Source: a virus (Duplodnaviria > Caudoviricetes). Taken from it: a stretch of DNA of 35,656 nucleotides. This document shows positions 8,796 to 17,163 of the stretch, in pieces. Numbering within the stretch: the stretch's first letter is position 1; every line of letters starts with the position of its first letter. The stretch lies in IMG/VR virus record IMGVR_UViG_3300036783_000146, positions 1 to 35,656 of that record. One strand, written 5' to 3'. Made by a program: the position numbers and the translations under genes. The notes below the pieces were generated by a model. The model did no database searches and was not told the DNA's origin. It saw only the letters and a list, made by a program, of their open reading frames with translations.

Positions 8796-9046
8796 TTGAT
8801 GCTATAGCACTGTTGAAGAAACTACAGACGGTAAACCCGGATGCGGAAATGAGCGTTTCAGTTCGCGAAGTTGATAAGTTAATGGTGGCTTGGCACTGGA
8901 GGGCTGGCGGTGAGTTACTTGGTTTAGCCGAGTTGTTTGACGACCACATTATCAGCGATCAAGCTTGGCTCGATAAGGCTGTCGAGCACCTGCACCAGAA
9001 GGCTTTAGACCTTACTCAGGCTGTATTATCCGATTCGCTTAGATAA
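8792..9046 (+). CDS. Hypothetical protein
   Basis: ATGA overlap with mor. 84 aa. Confidence 0.65.
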   Translation: MIDAIALLKKLQTVNPDAEMSVSVREVDKLMVAWHWRAGGELLGLAELFDDHIISDQAWLDKAVEHLHQKALDLTQAVLSDSLR

Positions 9047-9048
9047 TT

Positions 9049-9102
9049 TGACGAACACCATCACCTCCAACCCTCCCGCACACTTTGCAACACTGGCACC
9101 AT
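9049..9102 (+). promoter_or_regulatory. Activator-dependent late promoter (Plys-like)
   Basis: TGACGAACACCATCACCT-N22-AACACTGGCACCAT, same motif and spacing as 17908-17961. Confidence 0.7.
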
Positions 9103-9123
9103 CCACAACAACAGGATGGTGCC

Positions 9124-9648
9124 ATGTCTACCCCAAACATCAAACTTATCGTAATCCACTGCGCCGCCAGCAAAAACGGACGCCCTCTCAAGAATGATCG
9201 CGAGTCTGCCGCCCAGGTTATTGACCGTTGGCACCGTGACCGTGGTTTTCAGCGCACTGCTGTGGCTCTGGCCCAGCAGAACCGGCATTTAAAACACATC
9301 GGTTATCACTATGTGATCGACACCGACGGCACGGTTGAAACCGGGCGGGCCATCGGTGAAGTCGGTGCGCACGTCGCTGGCCACAATACCGGCTCCATTG
9401 GGATTTGTATGGTCGGTACGGATGCTTTCACCCCCGTGCAGTGGGAAAAGCTGACCGTGCTCGTCGGTTCCCTGCGTGCCGCTTATCCCGATGCAAAAAT
9501 CTGTGGTCATCGCGATCTTTCGCCCGACCTGAACGGTGACGGCATCATTCAGCCCAACGAATGGATCAAGACCTGCCCAGGCTTCACTGTGGCGGATTGG
9601 CTGGATGCTGATGGTGTTCCACCAGAAGGTCACGTATGGCGCGGCTAA
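9124..9648 (+). CDS. Endolysin, N-acetylmuramoyl-L-alanine amidase (T7-lysozyme-like)
   Basis: IVIHCAA, IGYHYVI...GR...GAHVAGHN..SIGICMVG, GHRDLSPD and KTCPGF zinc-amidase motifs. AGGA RBS. Confidence 0.93.
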   Translation: MSTPNIKLIVIHCAASKNGRPLKNDRESAAQVIDRWHRDRGFQRTAVALAQQNRHLKHIGYHYVIDTDGTVETGRAIGEVGAHVAGHNTGSIGICMVGTDAFTPVQWEKLTVLVGSLRAAYPDAKICGHRDLSPDLNGDGIIQPNEWIKTCPGFTVADWLDADGVPPEGHVWRG

Positions 9649-9902
9649 TTCCACGCCTGGCCGAGTTGATCACCAACCCGGCCTCGGGTCGCCTGTCTAC
9701 GTCTGACACGCTGGTTGTGGGTGCTTTTGTGGCCACCACGCTGGCGTTGGTTTGGTACACCCTGACCAGCCAGCTCACCGAGTGGCTGTTTATCGGCTAC
9801 CTGGCAGCCTGGGTTACCCAGAGCCAGGCATCAAAATGGTCATCAATCAAACGAGACCGGGAGGCACCTAATGACCCTAAAAGCGCTGTTGAGCCTGGTT
9901 AA
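9636..9902 (+). CDS. Putative holin (DUF2644-like)
   Basis: Two hydrophobic segments, ELITNP.SGRLS motif, charged C-terminus. Lies between endolysin and spanin. Confidence 0.7.
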   Translation: MARLIPRLAELITNPASGRLSTSDTLVVGAFVATTLALVWYTLTSQLTEWLFIGYLAAWVTQSQASKWSSIKRDREAPNDPKSAVEPG

Positions 9903-10494
9903 AGCCAACTGGCTCTCTTGCCTGTTGCTGATTATCGCCGCCGGGCTGGCCTACAAGTTGGGTTTCAGCAACGGCCTGGCAGAGCACCAGGACAAGCTGG
10001 CATCTGCCAATACCACTATCGAAGCCCAAGGCAAGAGCTTGCTGCAGTATGAGTCCGAGAAGCGCGAGACGGCAGAACGCCAGTCCGTAGCGTTGGCCGG
10101 GATAGTGGCCAGGCAACAGCAGGAACAGGCCCGCGCAGATAAGTTGGAGCGTGACCTGCTAACCACACAAGAGCAACTTTCCAATGCCAATAAACAGCTT
10201 AAAAAAGGGATTTCACATGCACTTAAAAATGATGGGGCCACTACTTGCGGCCTTGGCCCTGACAGCCTGCGGCTCTACCGTTCCGGCCTTGGCTACCCCC
10301 CAGACCCAGGTGATCGAGACACCTTGCCCAGCACCACCGGCAACGCTGTTGCACATTCCGGCACGGCCTCCGGCCCCGGAGAAGGGTTACCACCTGGGGA
10401 TCTTCTCGCCCACGCTGCCGACTACGGCCAATGGTGCCAGCAACTAGAAAAGCAGCTAATCGGCCTCAACAAGTGGAACGCCGAGAGGCCGTAA
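9871..10494 (+). CDS. Inner-membrane spanin (Rz-like)
   Basis: N-terminal TM followed by a coiled coil. C-terminal LLAHAADYGQWCQQLEKQL. Has an embedded lipoprotein gene. Confidence 0.8.
   Translation: MTLKALLSLVKANWLSCLLLIIAAGLAYKLGFSNGLAEHQDKLASANTTIEAQGKSLLQYESEKRETAERQSVALAGIVARQQQEQARADKLERDLLTTQEQLSNANKQLKKGISHALKNDGATTCGLGPDSLRLYRSGLGYPPDPGDRDTLPSTTGNAVAHSGTASGPGEGLPPGDLLAHAADYGQWCQQLEKQLIGLNKWNAERP
10217..10447 (+). CDS. Outer-membrane spanin lipoprotein (Rz1-like), embedded in the +1 frame
   Basis: AAGGGA RBS. MHLKMMGPLLAALALTAC lipobox followed by a Pro-rich PCPAPPATLL..PARPPAP segment. Confidence 0.8.
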   Translation: MHLKMMGPLLAALALTACGSTVPALATPQTQVIETPCPAPPATLLHIPARPPAPEKGYHLGIFSPTLPTTANGASN

Positions 10495-10499
10495 CCAAC

Positions 10500-10769
10500 A
10501 TGGATACCGTCAGCATCATGACACTTGAGTTAGCGTTTCAGATTAGCCTGGGGCTGGTCGCTGCCCTGGGTGGGATGTGGTTGCGGCATCTGCAGTCGGA
10601 AATCAAAGAACAGCGCAAGAGGCTGGAAGATGTACGCCAGGAATACCAGCGGCGTGAGGATGCTCAGCGTGACACCGACCAGGTGATGGAGTTGCTGCGT
10701 GATCTCAAGCGCAGCATTGAGCGGATCGATGGCAAGCTCGACCGCAAAGCAGACAAGAAGGAGTCCTGA
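10500..10769 (+). CDS. Small membrane-anchored coiled-coil protein (post-lysis cluster)
   Basis: N-terminal TM followed by a coiled coil ending IERIDGKLDRKADK. Position matches Mu gp25-like genes. Confidence 0.7.
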   Translation: MDTVSIMTLELAFQISLGLVAALGGMWLRHLQSEIKEQRKRLEDVRQEYQRREDAQRDTDQVMELLRDLKRSIERIDGKLDRKADKKES

Positions 10770-10988
10770 ATGACAAGGCGCAGAACACATCACCGCCGCG
10801 AATCGCCGGAACTGGTCATGCTGGCAGAAATCAATCAGCGCCTGGTGCGCATTGAGTCCAACATTGACCAGGTCAAGGAAATTGCCACCCGTAATGGGGC
10901 GATCTCCGGTGCGGTAGCGGGCACGGTATCTGGTGGCCTGGTAGCAACAGGCATTTACCTCATCAAAGCACGTCTGGGGCTGGGCTGA
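10770..10988 (+). CDS. Small hypothetical membrane protein
   Basis: AGGAG RBS. C-terminal GAISGAVAGTVSGGLV hydrophobic segment. Coupled to terS. Confidence 0.75.
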   Translation: MTRRRTHHRRESPELVMLAEINQRLVRIESNIDQVKEIATRNGAISGAVAGTVSGGLVATGIYLIKARLGLG

Positions 10989-11491
10989 TGGCATACGGGC
11001 CGGAGGTTCGTGACCGGTTACGCCGGGCCTATGTGTTCGATGGTCTCTCGCTTGAGGTGGCCTCGGCACAGCTTGGTATTTCCTACGGCACCGCCCAGCG
11101 CTGGAAGAACGAAGCCAAGGGGGCCGGGGATGATTGGGAAAAGGTAAAAGCGGCCAGGCTAATGGCAGGCGGCGGCCTGGAAGAACTTTCCCGCGCCATG
11201 CTGGCCGGGTTGGTTACACAGTTTCAGAGCACGATGGACGCCCTGGCCTACGGCAAGGTCGAATTGCCCCCCGAGGAACGGGTGAAACTGCTGGGGAGCT
11301 TGTCGGATGCCTACAACAAGGCGATCAGCGCCAGTAAAAAGGTACTTCCGGAGACCAGCCAGTTAGCCACCGCCCTGGAGGTTATGCAGCAGTTTGCCGC
11401 ATTCATCAAAGAGCACTATCCGCAACATATGCAGGCGTTTGCGGACATTCTAGAGCCGTTTGGGCATGAGATAGAGAGGATTTATGGGTAA
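10988..11491 (+). CDS. terS: Terminase small subunit (DUF1804-like)
   Basis: HTH (YVFDGLSLEVASAQLGISYGTAQRWK) and GDDWEK motif. Upstream of terL. Confidence 0.85.
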   Translation: MAYGPEVRDRLRRAYVFDGLSLEVASAQLGISYGTAQRWKNEAKGAGDDWEKVKAARLMAGGGLEELSRAMLAGLVTQFQSTMDALAYGKVELPPEERVKLLGSLSDAYNKAISASKKVLPETSQLATALEVMQQFAAFIKEHYPQHMQAFADILEPFGHEIERIYG

Positions 11492-11807
11492 GTTAATTTG
11501 TATTGATATCGATTACTACATTGCCGCCTCGCAGATTGCCAGGGTGCGCATGGATCATGATGGTGTGGCGCAGGCCGTTATCGTCACCACGCTGCAGGGG
11601 TCGGAACATCTGGCTATCCCGCAAGGGGATGAGACCGCCACTGATACGCTTAACCGGATTGTGGCCGAGGTCAATTATCCCCCGTCTTTCGAAATGGCTT
11701 ATCCCCCGCCGATTTCTCTTTCCGTAAGCAGCAACGGGGTAGAAGTCATGCAGGAATGGATCAAGGCTAACAAAGCTGAAATCAGGGCAATCCTGGGTCG
11801 GAAATAA
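11484..11807 (+). CDS. 107-aa protein with a tape-measure-like C-terminal helix
   Basis: GAGAGGA RBS. Overlaps the terS end. Last 26 aa share 11 identities with the last 26 aa of the TMP. Confidence 0.75.
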   Translation: MGKLICIDIDYYIAASQIARVRMDHDGVAQAVIVTTLQGSEHLAIPQGDETATDTLNRIVAEVNYPPSFEMAYPPPISLSVSSNGVEVMQEWIKANKAEIRAILGRK

Positions 11808-11825
11808 CATCTTGGTAGAGCAAGG

Positions 11826-11850
11826 CAGGTAGCCAAACGTTGGCTACCTG
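11826..11850. terminator. Perfect hairpin between convergent genes (probable moron terminator)
   Basis: CAGGTAGCCAA-ACG-TTGGCTACCTG, 11-bp stem. Weak U-tract. Confidence 0.55.
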
Positions 11851-11890
11851 GTAACACATCATCGATGGAAGACGCAGCATGACAGCTCAA

Positions 11891-12352
11891 TCACTCAGGA
11901 ATACCGCCCCCCAGGCAAGCCGCGAGCTTTTCCCGGCTCGTGAGCGTGGCATCTTTCTTGAATCCCAACGCGATGCAGGCCCGCAGACGTGCCGGGTTGC
12001 ACAACAGCGTATTAATCTGGCTGTCGTTCTCTTCAATTTTGTGCAGTTGAGCCTGGGCCTCATCGTGATCGAGTTTATCCAGGGTGTCACACAGCATTTT
12101 GTAACGGTGGGCCTGCAGCTTGGCATGGCCTGCCGCCGCACCTGGCTTATACGCCAGTTGAGCCGCCGAAATAGCGGCGATCAGAAAGCCGATAAGCCAT
12201 CCGTAGGCACTATCAGCAAAAACGGACGCCCCCAGCAGGAACTGACAAAAGCAAAGAAAGCGATCAATTCTCTGGTTCAACGTACCGGTCATCACTTCCA
12301 GGTAATAGCTGTAATGGGCGGTCAACTTCAGTGTATCGGATGGCTTGGACAT
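11891..12352 (-). CDS. Antisense moron: 2-TM membrane protein, SLATT-like architecture
   Basis: AGGAG RBS. Helix (YSYYLE..RIDR), two adjacent TMs (FLCFCQFLLGASVFA / WLIGFLIAAISAAQLAY), then PG..A..AK..A.RYK.L and a helical tail. Confidence 0.75.
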   Translation of the reverse strand: MSKPSDTLKLTAHYSYYLEVMTGTLNQRIDRFLCFCQFLLGASVFADSAYGWLIGFLIAAISAAQLAYKPGAAAGHAKLQAHRYKMLCDTLDKLDHDEAQAQLHKIEENDSQINTLLCNPARLRACIALGFKKDATLTSREKLAACLGGGIPE

Positions 12353-12359
12353 GACTTAC

Positions 12360-12500
12360 TTACTCCTGTTTGCCGTCGTCTGGCTCCTCCTCCTTTCCAG
12401 GATTGTAGGGCCGATGAATGGCATGTAGTGGAACGGCATCTTCTGGCATTCGTTGCTTGCCGTCAGCAATACCGTAATCATTTTCGTTGTCACCAGACAT
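12360..12500 (-). CDS. 46-aa acidic peptide, first gene of the antisense moron
   Basis: AAAGGAG RBS then ATG 12500: MSGDNENDYGIADGKQRMPEDAVPLHAIHRPYNPGKEEEPDDGKQE*. Stop lies 7 nt before the next ATG. Confidence 0.6.
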   Translation of the reverse strand: MSGDNENDYGIADGKQRMPEDAVPLHAIHRPYNPGKEEEPDDGKQE

Positions 12501-12527
12501 GGTGGCATCTCCTTTGTGTGGGTGGGT

Positions 12528-12581
12528 TTTTCTGTCCGTTTCCCCTGCGACGGTTTGCCGGACAGAAAATAAGCTATCACA
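12528..12581 (-). promoter_or_regulatory. Candidate extended -10 promoter and 5'-UTR hairpin of the moron
   Basis: Minus strand TGTGATAGCTT (12581-12571; TGn-TAGCTT). Inverted repeat TTTTCTGTCCG (12528-12538) / CGGACAGAAAA (12559-12569). Confidence 0.5.
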
Positions 12582-12647
12582 AAACCATGCGCCGGACATG
12601 GGTAAAAACCGGCAAACTTTTCTCCCCTCTAGCGAGTGCATGTTGAT

Positions 12648-14444
12648 ATGACCAAGTTTACCGGGCGCGAATTCCTCAAAGAGCTAGCGGAACTCAAACG
12701 CGCACTGCGCAAAGATATCCAGGCGCACGGCACCGGTCTTGATCCATCGCCGGAGGCCGTCAGAGAACGTCGCTGCCGCGTGCTGGGCGGTGATTTTACC
12801 TTTTTTGCCTATACCTATTTCCCGCACCATATCCGAGGTGAGCAGTCGCTGTTTCACGCGCACTTCTGCCAGCGCTTTCCGCAGCTCCTGCAGCGCCCTG
12901 GCGGCGCGGCTGAGTGGTGGATAGCGCCACGCGGGGAGGCGAAATCCTCGCTGTTGACCAAAATTGGCCCGGTATGGTGTGCCGTTCAGGGGCTGCATCA
13001 ACGCGCCGACGTCCGCGCCGAACTCGGGCTAACCCATGAGCCACTCCCCGCGTTTATTGATTACATCATCTTGCTGGGCGCAGAAACCAAACTGCCTACC
13101 AAGCTGCTGGAAGTGGTCAAAACCGAGCTGACGGTGAATGCAGCCCTGGCGTTAGATTTCCCCGAAGCCTGCGGCAGAACGGGGCAATGGAAAATCGGCG
13201 AATTCACCACCCGCACCGGCGTAAAAGTGGAATCCTTTGGTGCAGAGCAGGCGATTCGAGGCACGTTTCACGGGGCAAGTCGCCCCAAATTGCTGCTGGG
13301 CGATGACCTGATCACTGACGCCGAAGCCAAATCCCCAACAGAGCGACAAAACCGCTGGGATTGGGTCTCCAAGGCTATCGAATACCTTGGCCCGCCTGAT
13401 GGTTCGGTGAAATACCTGGGCGTAGGCACGGTATTAAACAAAGATGACCCTATCAGCCGCGCCAAACGCACCATTGGCCATGTGGTGCATCACTTCCGCG
13501 CCATTGTGACCTTGCCCACTCATATGGACTTGTGGGAGCAGTGCCAGGAACTGATGCTGAATGACGACAAGCGGGCCGAAGAAGCCGCCGCAGAGCAAAA
13601 GTTAGACTTGGATCAGCTCTTTTTACCGTCTTACCAGTTTTATCTGGCCAACCGCGCCATGATGGATGAAGGGGCGGTGACCTCCTGGCCTGTCGTTCGT
13701 CCGCTCTATTGGCTGATGCGCCAACGGGCGAAGAACGGCAAAGCCTTTGCCACGGAAATGCAGGGTGACCCCAGAACGGATGAGGATCGCACCTTCATCA
13801 ATATCCAGTTCTGGCAGCAACGCTCCCGTGACTGGTTGAATTTCGGCGCGTGTGACCCGTCCATGGGCAGAGGGGAAACCTCTGACCCCTCGGCTATCCT
13901 GGTCGGTGGTTGGGACAGAGAACGCAGCCGCTTGCATGTGATATACGCCGAAATCAAGCGCCGCCTGATTTCCAAGCTGGAAGCGGATTTAATCGCCGTT
14001 CAACGGCAGTTTAATTGTCAGGCAATCGGCTTTGAAAACAATAACGCGTATGAACATTCCCGCTCAACCTTTGTGAAAGCGGGGTTGCGTAAAGGAGTGG
14101 CATTGCCTTTGGTGGGGGTGACGGCCAGCGTGCCGCTTGAGGTGCGTGTTGACTCAATGGAGCCGTTCATCAATGACCAGCTCAACCCCAGCATTCTCTT
14201 TCATCCGGCCTTAATACTGTTGCTTTCCGAGTTGGACACCTGGCCAGAACCTCAGACCGGTCATCACTATGATGGCCTGTCAGCATTACACATTCTCTGG
14301 ATGATTGCGGTATCGCGTGGCGGTGGCCGCTTTGCCTGGGAGCCGATGCCGCGACCGGGTGAACGTGTCAGGCGCGGAGAGTATGAGGACGATTTTGACG
14401 ATGATAACGCCGAGGATAGCAGCGGCTTTGGATTAAGGTGGTAA
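12648..14444 (+). CDS. terL: Terminase large subunit
   Basis: Walker A-like APRGEAKS, Walker B LLLGDDL, VGTVL coupling motif, nuclease ACDPS and HYDGLSAL. Confidence 0.92.
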   Translation: MTKFTGREFLKELAELKRALRKDIQAHGTGLDPSPEAVRERRCRVLGGDFTFFAYTYFPHHIRGEQSLFHAHFCQRFPQLLQRPGGAAEWWIAPRGEAKSSLLTKIGPVWCAVQGLHQRADVRAELGLTHEPLPAFIDYIILLGAETKLPTKLLEVVKTELTVNAALALDFPEACGRTGQWKIGEFTTRTGVKVESFGAEQAIRGTFHGASRPKLLLGDDLITDAEAKSPTERQNRWDWVSKAIEYLGPPDGSVKYLGVGTVLNKDDPISRAKRTIGHVVHHFRAIVTLPTHMDLWEQCQELMLNDDKRAEEAAAEQKLDLDQLFLPSYQFYLANRAMMDEGAVTSWPVVRPLYWLMRQRAKNGKAFATEMQGDPRTDEDRTFINIQFWQQRSRDWLNFGACDPSMGRGETSDPSAILVGGWDRERSRLHVIYAEIKRRLISKLEADLIAVQRQFNCQAIGFENNNAYEHSRSTFVKAGLRKGVALPLVGVTASVPLEVRVDSMEPFINDQLNPSILFHPALILLLSELDTWPEPQTGHHYDGLSALHILWMIAVSRGGGRFAWEPMPRPGERVRRGEYEDDFDDDNAEDSSGFGLRW

Positions 14445-15931
14445 TGATGGGCCGTATAGTCGATATCAATGGGGTGCCGATTGAGCGCAGTATTCTGCGC
14501 GAGCCGCAGACCTCACAAATCAGCTCTTTGTATAACACGTTTGCCGAGCACCCCAGCCAGCGGCTGACCCCGCAGCGGCTTGAGCGCATTCTCAACGAGG
14601 CCGAGACTGGCAACATGAGCGCCCAGGCTGACCTGTTCACGGACATGGAAGAACGGGACTCTCACCTGTTCGCCGAAATGCAGAAGCGCAAACGGGCCTT
14701 GCTGACCATTGGGCACCAGGTTGTCCCACCCCCGAACGCCACGCCTGCCGAGCAGGCAGACGCCGCCTGGCTGGCGGAGTTCATCACCGAGCTGGACGGC
14801 TGGGAGGACTTCATTATTGATTGCCTGGACGCGATTGGTCAGGGCTTTTCGAATATTGAAATCCAGTGGAAACTGATGGGCCGTGAGTGGTATCCAGCCA
14901 AGTTTGAGTTTCGGCCTCAGTCCTGGTTTACGCTGGATAAAAATGACCAGAACAAGATTGTGCTGCGTACCGATGACGGTCTCGGTGCGCCCCTGCAGCC
15001 GTTCGGCTGGATTTGCCACCGGCATAAATCCCGCAGCGGGTATGTGGCCCGTGCGGGTCTGCTACGCACCTTGTCGTGGCCTTACATCTTCCGTAATTTC
15101 GGGGTGCAGTCCCTGGCAGAACTGTTGGAGATCTACGGCATTCCCTTGCGTATCGGGAAATACCCGGAAGGGATCGGCAAGCCAGAGAAAAACGAGCTGA
15201 TGCGGGCCGTGACCGAGCTAGGCCGCTATGCGGGGGGCATTATTCCCAAGGAAATGGAAATCACCCTGCACCAGGCCGCGAACGGATCGCATGATCCGTT
15301 TATGTCCCTGGCAGAATGGGCGGAAAAATCCATGTCCAAAGCTATCCTGGGGGGCACATTGACCACCCAGGCGGACGGCAAGACCTCCACTAACGCCCTG
15401 GGCGTGATCCACAACGAAGTGCGCGAGGATTTGTTGATCTCCGATGGCAGGCAGTTAGCCGCCACGATACGCAGTGACCTGTTCTGGCCTTTGCTGGTGC
15501 TGAACCGTAACGCAAACGCCGATCCACGTCGCACCCCGCGCTTGATCTTCAACAAACCGACGCCCGCCCAAGCTCAGGCAAGCGGGCAGACCTTCAATCT
15601 GCGGCTTGAGCCTACTGCAGCCACCCGGCAATCACCGGTTGCTGCGTTGGTGGCCGCACTGACTCGCCAGGCCAATGATCCGACCCAGGACGGGATAGAC
15701 GCCGCGCTAACGGCTCTTTTGCAGGAGGGGCAGACCGCCGATCAGCTCATTGCCATGTTGGTGCCTGCCTTGTCAGCCGCTGCCCAGGCGAATGATGAGA
15801 CACAATTGTTGGGTGTGTTGGCCGAAGCCTTCCCGCAGATGGACGCTACCGCGTTGCGCAGCTCCCTGGGGGATACGCTGGCGATTGCGCGTCTGGTCGG
15901 GTTGTACTCGGCACAGCGGGAGCGCCGTTAA
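14444..15931 (+). CDS. Portal protein (Mu gp29/DUF935)
   Basis: DLFTDMEERDSHL...KRK, EIYGIPLRIGKYP, SKAILGGTLT..ADGKTSTNALG.IHNEVR. Confidence 0.93.
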   Translation: MMGRIVDINGVPIERSILREPQTSQISSLYNTFAEHPSQRLTPQRLERILNEAETGNMSAQADLFTDMEERDSHLFAEMQKRKRALLTIGHQVVPPPNATPAEQADAAWLAEFITELDGWEDFIIDCLDAIGQGFSNIEIQWKLMGREWYPAKFEFRPQSWFTLDKNDQNKIVLRTDDGLGAPLQPFGWICHRHKSRSGYVARAGLLRTLSWPYIFRNFGVQSLAELLEIYGIPLRIGKYPEGIGKPEKNELMRAVTELGRYAGGIIPKEMEITLHQAANGSHDPFMSLAEWAEKSMSKAILGGTLTTQADGKTSTNALGVIHNEVREDLLISDGRQLAATIRSDLFWPLLVLNRNANADPRRTPRLIFNKPTPAQAQASGQTFNLRLEPTAATRQSPVAALVAALTRQANDPTQDGIDAALTALLQEGQTADQLIAMLVPALSAAAQANDETQLLGVLAEAFPQMDATALRSSLGDTLAIARLVGLYSAQRERR

Positions 15932-17163
15932 TGCCCTTGTCCCAGGCGCAGATCACAGCACTGTTCTCGATGACCCCGGAGGGCGCACTGCGTTACCTCG
16001 ATAACAAGGGGTTGCGCATCCGGCTCGATGCCAAGAACATGAGCGCCGCTGACCACGCGCACGCGTTCGGCTTTGCCAATCTTGCCCGGCTTGATATTGC
16101 CCAAGACCTGGTCAACGGGATGCGTGAAGGGCTGGCGAACGGCCAGACACCCCGTTGGTTTATCGACAACATGACCCCCACTCTGCGCAAAAAGGGATGG
16201 TGGGGCACCGAGGAAAACATTGACCTCGACACCGGCGAAATCACCCGCAAACAGTTAGGGAATCCGGCCCGCCTGGCGACAATCTACCGCACCACCACCC
16301 AGAGCGCTTTTATGGCTGGACGCTATGAATCGATGCTGGCCAACGTCCAGGCCCGTCCGTACTGGCGCTATGTGGCGGTGCTGGATGCCCGCACCCGGCC
16401 CAGCCATGCCAAGCTGCATAATCGGGTTTTCCATTACAGCGATCCGATTTGGCAGTTTATCTTTCCACCGAACGGGTTTAACTGCCGATGCCGCGTGGAG
16501 GCGTTGACCGAAGCCGAAGTGAAAGCGCTGGGGCTGGTTATCTCCCGCACGGATGCCGTAGTGACCCAGGATGCGGTCACCGGCGAGGATGAGAACGGCA
16601 ACGCCATCATGACCCCGGTCAGCGGTGTGCGCTTCACGGCTCCCGATGGTAAAGAGGTGACGTTCTTCCCGGATGTGGGCTTTGATATCAATCCGGGTCG
16701 CCAGGTCTGGAAAGCCAATCTGGATCGTTATGACGTTGAGCTGGCGCGGCCTTATGTTGCTGCCGGACTGTCCGGGCCGGAGTTAACCCAGATGCTGAAA
16801 ACCGCCAGTCAGCCAGAGCGTAGCGGCGAAATGCTGGCCGCTGCCGTTCTGGCCCCGGAGGATATGGCCGCGCTGGGCGTAAAATTCCGCACAGCCTGGT
16901 TGGCTGAGCATCGCCTGGCGCAGCAGGCCAGCGCGGGCACCTTACCCGCCAGAACGGACTGGCCACAGGTACAGGCCACCATTGAGTCAGCTACCGTGGT
17001 GGTTAAAGTCAATACCACGCTGTTGTGCTATTCGCAGGTTGCAGGGCAATGGTTCCAGGCCGCACTCGATCAGTCGATGACGGTACTGTCTTTTATGGCC
17101 ATCGATGACACTACCCTGGCCATCGCCTTACAACGCGGTGAAACACTGAGGGATTTACGCTAA
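15931..17163 (+). CDS. Head morphogenesis protein (Mu gpF)
   Basis: LRKKGWWG, RLATIYRT, PYWRYVAVLDARTRPSH, FPPNGFNCRCRV. Confidence 0.92.
   Translation: MPLSQAQITALFSMTPEGALRYLDNKGLRIRLDAKNMSAADHAHAFGFANLARLDIAQDLVNGMREGLANGQTPRWFIDNMTPTLRKKGWWGTEENIDLDTGEITRKQLGNPARLATIYRTTTQSAFMAGRYESMLANVQARPYWRYVAVLDARTRPSHAKLHNRVFHYSDPIWQFIFPPNGFNCRCRVEALTEAEVKALGLVISRTDAVVTQDAVTGEDENGNAIMTPVSGVRFTAPDGKEVTFFPDVGFDINPGRQVWKANLDRYDVELARPYVAAGLSGPELTQMLKTASQPERSGEMLAAAVLAPEDMAALGVKFRTAWLAEHRLAQQASAGTLPARTDWPQVQATIESATVVVKVNTTLLCYSQVAGQWFQAALDQSMTVLSFMAIDDTTLAIALQRGETLRDLR

Noticed and set aside
11879-12646. 255-aa plus-strand ORF spanning the moron and ending just before terL
   Set aside because: No clear RBS and no recognisable motifs. 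It lies antisense to two genes that have strong RBSs, so it is most likely a shadow ORF. A role in coupling translation to terL cannot be fully excluded.
16700-17163. gpF C-terminal extension as a MuF polymorphic toxin
   Set aside because: No recognisable catalytic motif, and no immunity gene follows (gpG is directly coupled). An HHpred search would be needed to revisit this.
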